The notes below the pieces were generated by a model. The model did no database searches and had not been told where the DNA came from. It saw only the letters and a list, made by a program, of their open reading frames with translations. The translations under genes and the position numbers were made by a program. Of a stretch of 64,000 nucleotides of DNA, positions 56,458 to 64,000 are shown piece after piece (the stretch's first letter is position 1; the number at the start of each line of letters is the position of its first letter). Location of the stretch: assembly GCA_016182185.1 (NCBI GenBank), contig JACOXU010000001.1:466915-530914 (forward strand). The letters are read 5' to 3'. Source of the DNA: Candidatus Levyibacteriota bacterium (GTDB lineage: Bacteria; Patescibacteriota; Microgenomatia; Levybacterales; UBA12049).

Positions 56458-58170
56458 TCAATAGGCAGGGTTGTTCTGGGCAAGTCCAGTTCTCAATATA
56501 CAAACAAGATAGGATGGATTTTGAAATATAATACTCTTGCATAATTCAGAAACTTTTGTCTTAACATAGCCTGGAGGCTCAAACGACCAAGGACCTTGTT
56601 GGTACGGACCGATTATTAAATATGACTCTCCGCCATCTGGATTTTGCTGATTCAAATAAAAATATCTATTCAGTGAATAGAAGACCTTGTCGACCAATGG
56701 CGAAACTTCGGCCATGATAAACCACCCGAGATAATAAACTCTATCTTTCTGTCCTATATTATTTCTGAAAAAAGAAACTAATTCTTTCTGCTCTGAAAGT
56801 GAAAGAATAGGGTTGCTGGGAAATCCCTGCAAGCCTCTGATATTTCTATTCATATTCCATTTTTCAATTGTTGCCGAGCTTAAAACAGGTTTAATTATGG
56901 TACTTTCTGATTTTATTAAATTTAATATGAGAATAAAAAGTATAAATGCAAAGATTATTTTTTTAATTTTTAATCCAAGTAAATATTTATTATAAATTAT
57001 CCCAAGCCCAATACTGACCAGTGCCATACCAAGCATAATACCTTGCCATGCATGTCTTGCCCATCCAGTAGGAGAAAAAAATATAAACCAGATAAATGAA
57101 ATAAGAGAAGATGTGTACAGTGAAATTACCAAAACTTTATAACTCTTATTAATAAATTTTATAAACAATAAAGGAAGGGTTAAGAAAAATAACCAAGTTA
57201 CTAAAGAGTTTTTAATCGCTACATCTTTCGAAATTTGATACTTTTTATAAATAAATTCCCAATCAAATTTTAATAAATTATCAATTCCGCTCCCGTTTGA
57301 CTGAAAATGAATTTTATAATCCATCTGAACTGCGGCAACCCCGGCAGTCCCAAAATGAGAAAAAAGATATGAATCGCGGTAAAAATCAAATCCTTTGTAA
57401 AATAAGAAAAATCCGGCCATAAAGAGGATCCATAAAAATATCACGTGTTTTGCATGCTTTTTAAGAGTTTTCCGAATGTTCCAAAAATCTGTAAAGAAAA
57501 ATATGCCAACTGCTAATCCCGGTAAGAAAAACAATGTCTTTGTCAAAACTGAAAAAGAAAGAAAAACTCCTGCAAGGAAATATAACAGATTTCTTTTCGA
57601 ACCTTTGGCAATAAATAGCAAAAGAAAACTTATAATCAGAAACAAAAGCGCAATGTGTTCGGAGAACGATTCATAAGCATAAGTAGTATAAAATTGTGGG
57701 ACAATCCATAACCAGAGTTGAAAAATTATAAGAGATATGACTCCGCCTAATTTATAAACAAGAAGAAAAAGAATAAATAATAATCCTGTAAAAGCGATCA
57801 GGGGCCAGAGTCTATATTGCCAAAAATCATATCCGAAGATTTTAAGAAAAAAAGCCTGCGGAACTACATATCCGGGTCCTACTGTTACTCCTGCCGGGAA
57901 ATAGGAGTACCCATCTCTATCCTGAACAGAGAATCTACCATGGAGACTCGGATGAGCACCGGGTGAATTCTCCGTAATCGTATTTGTATATGATGCATAA
58001 ATTCCACGTAGAGCTAGATTTTTTGCAACTCCCAAATACCACCCGCTATCATGCTCTACTCCTCCAAAACTCCCTGCAAAAAGAAGAATACGCCCTAAAA
58101 AAATAAAAACAACCAGAGTTATATAAATTAAAATATTCCAATTATGCTCTTTAAATTTTACCAGGATCAT
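56458..58170 (-). CDS. GT-C fold membrane glycosyltransferase (ArnT/PMT-like).
   Basis: 570 aa, polytopic. The N-terminal GGVEHDSGWYLGVAKNLALRGIY matches the ArnT/PMT catalytic-loop pattern. Confidence 0.5.
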   Translation of the reverse strand: MILVKFKEHNWNILIYITLVVFIFLGRILLFAGSFGGVEHDSGWYLGVAKNLALRGIYASYTNTITENSPGAHPSLHGRFSVQDRDGYSYFPAGVTVGPGYVVPQAFFLKIFGYDFWQYRLWPLIAFTGLLFILFLLVYKLGGVISLIIFQLWLWIVPQFYTTYAYESFSEHIALLFLIISFLLLFIAKGSKRNLLYFLAGVFLSFSVLTKTLFFLPGLAVGIFFFTDFWNIRKTLKKHAKHVIFLWILFMAGFFLFYKGFDFYRDSYLFSHFGTAGVAAVQMDYKIHFQSNGSGIDNLLKFDWEFIYKKYQISKDVAIKNSLVTWLFFLTLPLLFIKFINKSYKVLVISLYTSSLISFIWFIFFSPTGWARHAWQGIMLGMALVSIGLGIIYNKYLLGLKIKKIIFAFILFILILNLIKSESTIIKPVLSSATIEKWNMNRNIRGLQGFPSNPILSLSEQKELVSFFRNNIGQKDRVYYLGWFIMAEVSPLVDKVFYSLNRYFYLNQQNPDGGESYLIIGPYQQGPWSFEPPGYVKTKVSELCKSIIFQNPSYLVCILRTGLAQNNPAY

Positions 58171-58226
58171 TTATTTAATAGTCTATGGGTATCATTATAT
58201 GGTAATATTATTTAAAATAAAACAGT

Positions 58227-60593
58227 ATGGTCGACCTAGTAATTTTTCGGTGGTGGGTTACGATTTTTTTAGCTGGAATTATCTTTCTTCCGCTTACTGT
58301 AAAACTTTTCTCAAGTTTTTTTGACAAAGGATACATCTTCTCAAAAATAATCGGCATTGCAATTATTTCCTATACAGTTTTTATACTTGGAATTTTCCAT
58401 ATTGCTCCATTTACTTTTATAACTATTCTTTCAGTAGGATTTATTTTTTTCTTATTAAATTATTTCTTGTTTAGAAAATCGCTTATTAAAATACTTACAA
58501 AAAGATGGCTCATATTCCTTATTGAGGAATTAATATTTATCTTGTCACTTTTGTTATGGTCATTTGTAAAATCTTATCAGCCTGATATTCACGGCCTGGA
58601 AAAATATATGGATTTTGGTTTTGTTAATTCAATCTTACGCAGTGACTACTTTCCGCCAGCCGATATGTGGTTCACCCCATTTCCAATAAATTACTATTAC
58701 TTTGGACATTTGGCAACTGCAGTTTTGACAAAGTTGTCTAATATCTCTTCGAATATCACTTATAATCTCATGCTCTCGTCTATCTTTGCCTTCACATTTG
58801 CTGCCTCTTTCTCAATCGGAGGAAACCTAGTATATAAACTCAAAAATCAAAACTCAAAAGTCAAAAATATTGTACAAAATTTTAAAATTATACTTTCTGG
58901 ACTATTAACTGCGTTTCTTGTCTCTTTTGCAGGAAATCTCCAGGTAATTTACTCTTTCTTCAAACCTTATCAAAATGAAAATCCTCTTCCTTTTTGGCAG
59001 TTGCCCCTTTCTCTTGAGTCTTTCCCAAATTCATATTGGTATCCTAATGCAACAAGATTTATCTATAATACCATTCACGAGTTTCCTATTTATTCTTTTG
59101 TGGTTTCTGATCTTCATGGACACGTTTTGGATATCCCTTTTGTATTGTTAATAATCGCATTACTGCTGTCACTAATTACCAAATCACAAATCTCAAACCA
59201 CAAATCTCAAATAAATAACAATGCTCAAAATTCAAAACGTTCTAAGATTTGGAATTTAAAAAATTGGAATTTATTTGGAGCTTGGAATTTGAGATTTGGA
59301 AATTTACTGCTAATAAGTTTCTTATTAGCAGTTATGTATATGACTAATGTGTGGGACGGGATTATTTATTTTATGCTGACTGTTCTAGTTTTATTTTTGC
59401 CTGTCGCAAGCGCAATTAAGAACTCCAAGAACGATAAATTTACTTTTCTGAAATTTACATTTTACATTGCTTCTATTGGGATTCTATTTCTTATTTTTTC
59501 AGCCCCATTTAACTTGAATTTTAAGCCCTTTGCTTCAGGAATAGGAATTTTATGCCCCCCTGAATTTCTAATCGAGAAAGGAAAGATTGGCCCCTTTCTT
59601 TTTGAGCAAAATACTTGCCAGAGGTCGCCCTTATGGCAACTAATGTTGCTTTATGGATTTTTTTATTTCTGGGTAGTTACATTTCTTTTAACATTTGTTA
59701 AAAGAAAAAATCCTAAATCCGAAATCTCAAATCCCAAACAAACCCAAAATCACAAAGATCAAAATTACAAACGTTTTGAGTTTTTGAATTTTAGGAATTG
59801 GAATTTATTTAGGACTTGGAATTTTGAATTTGGAATTTTAAACCCCAGCGATATTTTCGTTATCTTATTGATTCTGCTTTCCACTCTACTAATCATTATC
59901 CCTGAATTTATTTATATCAAGGACATTTACCCTGCACATTATAGAGCAAATACTATGTTTAAACTTGTTTATCAATCATTTATCATGCTTTCGATTTCTT
60001 CAGGTTATATAATAGTTCGCTTAATTTTAGGATTAAAACTTCATTTTTCAAATCTTAAATCTTATTTGAGGCTTTCGGTTTTTCTTATCGGAGGAATGTT
60101 ATTAATTTTAGTATTTTTATATCCGCAATTTGCCATAGGCTCTTACTACAATAATTTCCAAACCAAGTCTGGCATAGATGGAACAAAATATCTTAAGAGT
60201 CTTTATCCAACAGATTACGAGGCCATTAATTGGATCAATAAAAAAATTAAAAATCAGCCTGTAATGCTTGAAGCTCAAGGTGATTCCTATACAGACTTTG
60301 CCAGAATATCTGCCAACACAGGTCTTCCGACGGTTCTGGGGTGGACCGTACATGAATGGCTTTGGAGAGGAACCTATGATATACCTGCCCCGCGAATTAC
60401 CGAGGTGAAAACTATCTATGAAACCCCAGATATAAATGTTGCAAAAAAGCTCATCAATAAATATAAAATCTTATATATATTTATTGGAAATTTGGAGTAC
60501 CAGCAGTATCCAAGTCTCAATGAATCAAAATTTAAAATATTGGGAACATTAGTCTATCAAAACGGCAGTACAAAAATTTATAAAATTAATTAG
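58227..60593 (+). CDS. YYY-domain (DUF2298, chlor_Arch_YYY-type) polytopic membrane protein carrying two in-frame repeat-element insertions.
   Basis: 788 aa with more than 14 TM helices and the PFPINYYYFGHLA invariant YYY motif. Two ~40-aa low-complexity inserts share the pattern K(S/N)..ISN.K.Q...NWNLF..WN..FG. Confidence 0.55.
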   Translation: MVDLVIFRWWVTIFLAGIIFLPLTVKLFSSFFDKGYIFSKIIGIAIISYTVFILGIFHIAPFTFITILSVGFIFFLLNYFLFRKSLIKILTKRWLIFLIEELIFILSLLLWSFVKSYQPDIHGLEKYMDFGFVNSILRSDYFPPADMWFTPFPINYYYFGHLATAVLTKLSNISSNITYNLMLSSIFAFTFAASFSIGGNLVYKLKNQNSKVKNIVQNFKIILSGLLTAFLVSFAGNLQVIYSFFKPYQNENPLPFWQLPLSLESFPNSYWYPNATRFIYNTIHEFPIYSFVVSDLHGHVLDIPFVLLIIALLLSLITKSQISNHKSQINNNAQNSKRSKIWNLKNWNLFGAWNLRFGNLLLISFLLAVMYMTNVWDGIIYFMLTVLVLFLPVASAIKNSKNDKFTFLKFTFYIASIGILFLIFSAPFNLNFKPFASGIGILCPPEFLIEKGKIGPFLFEQNTCQRSPLWQLMLLYGFFYFWVVTFLLTFVKRKNPKSEISNPKQTQNHKDQNYKRFEFLNFRNWNLFRTWNFEFGILNPSDIFVILLILLSTLLIIIPEFIYIKDIYPAHYRANTMFKLVYQSFIMLSISSGYIIVRLILGLKLHFSNLKSYLRLSVFLIGGMLLILVFLYPQFAIGSYYNNFQTKSGIDGTKYLKSLYPTDYEAINWINKKIKNQPVMLEAQGDSYTDFARISANTGLPTVLGWTVHEWLWRGTYDIPAPRITEVKTIYETPDINVAKKLINKYKILYIFIGNLEYQQYPSLNESKFKILGTLVYQNGSTKIYKIN
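59181..59300. repeat. Copy 1 of a ~120-bp AT-rich palindromic repeat element, in-frame within the YYY gene.
   Basis: aaatctcaaa...caaaattcaaaacgtt...tttggaatttaaaaaattggaatttatttggagcttggaatttgagatttgg. The arms are reverse-complementary, and it is homologous to 59715-59835 and to intergenic units at 14323-14467 and 41521-41560. Confidence 0.45.
59715..59835. repeat. Copy 2 of the same repeat element, in-frame within the YYY gene.
   Basis: aaatctcaaatcccaaacaaacccaaaatcacaaa...acaaacgttttgag...ttgaattttaggaattggaatttatttaggacttggaattttgaatttggaatttt. Confidence 0.45.
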
Positions 60594-61692
60594 AAACTTC
60601 GGGAAATTTACAGCTTTCTAATTTTATTACACAATCCGTATATTTCTGAATTTCCGTGAAATTTCCATTTCCAATCCGCGGTATAAGCACCCAGCTATAA
60701 TTATATTCACCCGAAATCAGGGGATTAACTAGAAATCCCGGCCTTTTAGTTTTCCGATCCCCAACATCTAAAATTATATTTTCGATCTTGGCATTTTTTA
60801 GCTTCTGAACGAGTCTTATAAAATCATCGAATTCACTTTGCTTAATATCCGTATCAATACTCTCTCCAATGATATTGTAGAGATTTATAATTCTTGCTGG
60901 ATTAAAAACTGTATCTAGTGAAAAAATTTTATCTTTAAAAGCTTTTATGATCTTTTCTTGTCTTTTGCTTCTGGCAAAATCAGAACCTTCTTCTCCTTTG
61001 GCATGACGTGATCTCGCAAACATGAGCGAAGTCCCCCCGTCCATTTCTTGAAGGCCTTTATTAAAATGGATAGTCATATAACGGCATGGGAAAGCCTCAA
61101 GTTGAGAAGAGGCAGTTGCAAGAGTTACAAGTTCTTCTTCGCTGTGTCCACAGGGATCTTCTTCCTTCCCCTCAATCGGATATTCAAAATCATCAAATGC
61201 TCTTTCGACTTCAATATTAAGACCCCCCAATTCATCGACTGCCTTAACAAAACCGTCAAAATCAATTCGAACCCCATAATCTACAGGTTGTTTAAGTATT
61301 TTACTAACAACTGCTTTGGCAAGAACAAGACCTCCTCCCTCTCTCTTGTCTTCTCCTGTTGAATAGGCGGTATTTATTTTTGCATCAAGATCCGGAATCC
61401 ATAGATCTCGGGGAATTGATACCAGAGTTACCTTATTCTGAGAAATAGATATACTCGCAAATATAATTGTATCTGACAGATTGGGTCCTTCATGATTTTT
61501 ACCACCTATTCCTAAAAGAAGTACGTTAACGTTATGGTCTGCAGTTTTGAGCTTTATTTCCCTTTTGAAGATCAGTTCAAAAAGAAACGGACTAATTTTG
61601 ACAAAATCCAAGACTATCTTTCCAACAAAAATTACAAGCAGTAAGCTTAAAAAAAAGAAAATGTATTTTTTAAGTTTTTTATTTTTACGCAT
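60586..61692 (-). CDS. LytR-CpsA-Psr (LCP) family cell-wall glycopolymer transferase.
   Basis: 368 aa with an N-terminal TM helix. VNVLLLGIGGKNHEGPNLSDTIIFASI...LVSIPRDLWIPD...GGGLVLAKAVVSKILKQPVDYGVRIDFDGFVKAVDELGG is the LCP catalytic domain. Confidence 0.7.
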   Translation of the reverse strand: MRKNKKLKKYIFFFLSLLLVIFVGKIVLDFVKISPFLFELIFKREIKLKTADHNVNVLLLGIGGKNHEGPNLSDTIIFASISISQNKVTLVSIPRDLWIPDLDAKINTAYSTGEDKREGGGLVLAKAVVSKILKQPVDYGVRIDFDGFVKAVDELGGLNIEVERAFDDFEYPIEGKEEDPCGHSEEELVTLATASSQLEAFPCRYMTIHFNKGLQEMDGGTSLMFARSRHAKGEEGSDFARSKRQEKIIKAFKDKIFSLDTVFNPARIINLYNIIGESIDTDIKQSEFDDFIRLVQKLKNAKIENIILDVGDRKTKRPGFLVNPLISGEYNYSWVLIPRIGNGNFTEIQKYTDCVIKLESCKFPEVSN

Positions 61693-62356
61693 TCTTAACT
61701 ATCCGAAGGAATTCAAAAGGATCAAGACTTGCTCCACCCACTAATGCTCCGTTTATGGTTGGCATTTTGGTAAAACTATTTATATTTTTAGAAGTTACGC
61801 TTCCTCCATACAATATTGTTTCAATTCCAGTTTTTTCCTTTACATTCTTGGCAACTTCTTCTGCATTTTCTGGAGTATCAGGATTTCCCGTTCCTATTGC
61901 GGTTGGCGGTTCATATGCAACAATTTTTATATTCTCAGGAATTGGTGTTTGAGCATTCTGAATACAGAAAATTGCAGAGACATCATGCTTATTGGCCATC
62001 TCTACTTTCTTTTCAATTATCTTATTGTCTTCTGAAAAATTATCTCGTCTTTCAGAATGACCAATAATTACATAATTTGCTAATTCTTTTATTTGAACTC
62101 CATTTACCTCTCCCGTGTACGCTCCTGTCTCATAGGGTGAAATATTTTGTACGCCAATTTGAATCGGTAAATTTAAATTTTTACAACAGTAGTTAACATG
62201 TTCAAGACTAGTAAAAGAAGGACAAATAATTATTTCTTTGTAGCTCAAGTCAAGGTTTTCAGAAGTAAGTTTTTCCTGAAAATCATGCAACCATTTCTCT
62301 GCTTCTTGAAGAGTCTTATTTGATTTCCAGTTAGCAATTAAGAAAAGTTTTTTCAT
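61685..62356 (-). CDS. tpiA: Triosephosphate isomerase (compact form).
   Basis: 223 aa: ANWKSN, IIGHSERR, AYEPPTAIGTG, ILYGGSV and GALVGGASL. Confidence 0.9.
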   Translation of the reverse strand: MKKLFLIANWKSNKTLQEAEKWLHDFQEKLTSENLDLSYKEIIICPSFTSLEHVNYCCKNLNLPIQIGVQNISPYETGAYTGEVNGVQIKELANYVIIGHSERRDNFSEDNKIIEKKVEMANKHDVSAIFCIQNAQTPIPENIKIVAYEPPTAIGTGNPDTPENAEEVAKNVKEKTGIETILYGGSVTSKNINSFTKMPTINGALVGGASLDPFEFLRIVKNA

Positions 62357-62394
62357 ATGCTACAATGACTAGAAGTATTCATCTATTATAAAGT

Positions 62395-64000
62395 ATGGAT
62401 AAAGACTTACTCAAGGACTTAAATGATGACCAAAAAAAAGCGGTTCTAAATACAGATGGCCCAATGATCATTTTGGCAGGCGCGGGTTCGGGAAAAACAA
62501 GAGTTCTGACTTATAAAGTTATTTATTTAGTTAAAAAACAAAAGGTGTATCCTGATAATATTCTCATGGTCACTTTTACCAACAAGGCAGCCAATGAGAT
62601 GAAAGAAAGAATCAAAAAAAGTCAGATATCCTCCCAGCCCTCTGTATCCACTTTTCATTCTTTGTGCGCAAGGATTCTTAGAATTGACGGAAAGCATATT
62701 GGAATTTCACCAAATTTTATTATTTACGATGAACAGGACCAAATCGATGCGGTCAAAGAAGCCATGAAACTCCTTGAAATTTCAACTCGGGATTTTAAAC
62801 CTGGTTCAATTTTAAACACCATCTCTGAAGCTAAAAATGAATTGATAGAGGAAAGCGAATACCCAAAATACACCAGAGGGTTCTTTCAAGAAACAGTTGC
62901 TAAGGTTTATTTTCTTTATCAAAAAATTCTCAAAGAAAATGATGCCTTAGATTTTGATGATCTTATTCTTAAAACAATTTATCTTTTCGAATCAAGCCCT
63001 CAAGTACTGAAAGAATATCAAAACAAATTTCAATATATTTTAATTGATGAATATCAGGATACCAATCGTTCTCAATATATATTGACAAAAATGCTTGCGG
63101 GAAACGGAAGTATCAAAAAGCAAAATATCTGTGTTGTTGGAGATTTTTCTCAAAGCATATATAGCTGGCGCGGAGCTGATTTTCAGAACCTTATTCGGTT
63201 TAAAGATGATTTCAAGAATACGAAAACATTTTCTCTATCCCAAAATTACCGATCAACGCAAAAAATTTTGGATGCTGCATCCTCAGTAATTTCAAAAAAC
63301 ACTTCTCATCCGATACTTACACTTTGGACCGAAAATAGCAGTGGTGATGATGTGATACTTTACGAAGCAGCCAACGAACATAATGAAGCAGAATTTATTA
63401 TTAATAGAATAACCGATATTAAATTCCAAAACCCCAAACTTAAATATTCAGATTTTGCCGTTCTTTATCGAACCAACGCCCAATCAAGATCAATTGAAGA
63501 AGTGTTTCTGCATCTGGGAATTCCTTATGTTTTAATCGGGGGAACGAGATTCTACGAAAGAAAGGAGATCAAAGATATTCTTGCATATCTCAAGATTCTC
63601 GTAAATCCAAAAGACAAAGTTTCTTTAAAGAGAATCGAAAAATTGGGAAAGGGAAGATTTAAAAAATTTCAGGAATTCCACGAAAAATTTACAGATTCAG
63701 AAAAAGTAAACGAACTTATGACCCTTGAAATTCTAGACCAGGTGATATCTGCCTCTGATTATCTTTCTTTATATGATGAAAAGGACGAAGAGGACAGAGG
63801 AAGACTTGAAAATATAAAAGAACTCCGGTCTGTGGCAATTGAATTCCCCAACATTACTCAGTTTTTGGAAAATGTCGCATTGGTCGAGCAGGAATATCTG
63901 CCGGATCATCCCAAAAATGGTACTAAGAAAGATGCCGTGAATCTCATGACTCTTCACGCGGCCAAAGGCCTTGAATTCCCTGTAGTTTTTATGGTTGGGA
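62395..64000 (+). CDS. uvrD: UvrD/PcrA-family superfamily-1 DNA helicase (3' partial; continues beyond the window).
   Basis: ATG at 62395: MDKDLLKDLNDDQKKAVLNTDGPMIILAGAGSGKTRVLTYKVIYLV (Walker A, motif I). The downstream LIDEYQDTN (motif II), GDFSQSIYSWRGA, FSLSQNYRS and LMTLHAAKGLEFP stay in frame to the window end. This ORF is absent from the provided track because no stop falls inside the window. Confidence 0.85.
   Translation, partial: MDKDLLKDLNDDQKKAVLNTDGPMIILAGAGSGKTRVLTYKVIYLVKKQKVYPDNILMVTFTNKAANEMKERIKKSQISSQPSVSTFHSLCARILRIDGKHIGISPNFIIYDEQDQIDAVKEAMKLLEISTRDFKPGSILNTISEAKNELIEESEYPKYTRGFFQETVAKVYFLYQKILKENDALDFDDLILKTIYLFESSPQVLKEYQNKFQYILIDEYQDTNRSQYILTKMLAGNGSIKKQNICVVGDFSQSIYSWRGADFQNLIRFKDDFKNTKTFSLSQNYRSTQKILDAASSVISKNTSHPILTLWTENSSGDDVILYEAANEHNEAEFIINRITDIKFQNPKLKYSDFAVLYRTNAQSRSIEEVFLHLGIPYVLIGGTRFYERKEIKDILAYLKILVNPKDKVSLKRIEKLGKGRFKKFQEFHEKFTDSEKVNELMTLEILDQVISASDYLSLYDEKDEEDRGRLENIKELRSVAIEFPNITQFLENVALVEQEYLPDHPKNGTKKDAVNLMTLHAAKGLEFPVVFMVG

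Noticed and set aside
56453-56542. Longer start for the DPM1-like GT2 (MQEYYISKS...), overlapping the upstream GT-C gene
   Set aside because: GT2 enzymes of this class begin just before the xxSIIVPxYNE motif. The internal Met (MKEKPYLSII) gives a non-overlapping, 6-nt-spaced operon arrangement.

Overview
This is an AT-rich (about 35% GC), densely coding bacterial chromosomal window. Its gene content looks like a small-genome Candidate Phyla Radiation (Patescibacteria-like) organism: compact housekeeping operons without rimP or rbfA, a type IV pilus PilN/PilO pair, and many GT-C/GT2 envelope genes. The recognisable housekeeping genes are: mltG (C-terminus), rodZ-like, ftsK, rnj, rpsO-pnp, infB, nusA, two Clp ATPases, hrcA-grpE-dnaK-dnaJ preceded by a CIRCE-like element, metG, tatD, groES-groEL, lepA, murJ, rpsT, tpiA, an LCP-family gene and the start of uvrD/pcrA. 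The stand-out accessory element is a complete diversity-generating retroelement (DGR) at roughly 6.6-9.1 kb. It has a DGR-type reverse transcriptase carrying the IGNLTSQ motif, and an Avd-like four-helix-bundle gene transcribed divergently from it. A 108-bp template repeat lies 409 bp from a variable repeat at the 3' end of a 250-aa target gene. The two repeats differ at 20 positions, and every one of those is an adenine in the template on the coding strand, which is the adenine-specific mutagenesis signature. The avd reading frame has no in-frame ATG and begins inside a (CA)10 dinucleotide tract. Adding one CA unit would fuse it to an upstream ATG, so this is a candidate slipped-strand on/off switch for the DGR. 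Other points of interest are: a Lon-like AAA+ module lacking its protease domain next to the RT; a membrane-anchored ClpC paralog with a degenerate D1 ATPase next to a secreted M4 metalloprotease; a VirB6/VirB2-like membrane protein and pilin pair; an AT-rich palindromic repeat family found in intergenic DNA and twice in-frame inside a YYY-domain membrane protein gene; and a cell-envelope glycopolymer locus combining a UbiA-family prenyl-phosphate phosphoribosyltransferase, a WecA-like enzyme, a Glf-like FAD enzyme, processive GT2 and GT-C transferases, and an LCP-family gene. No rRNA, tRNA or CRISPR array was recognised.
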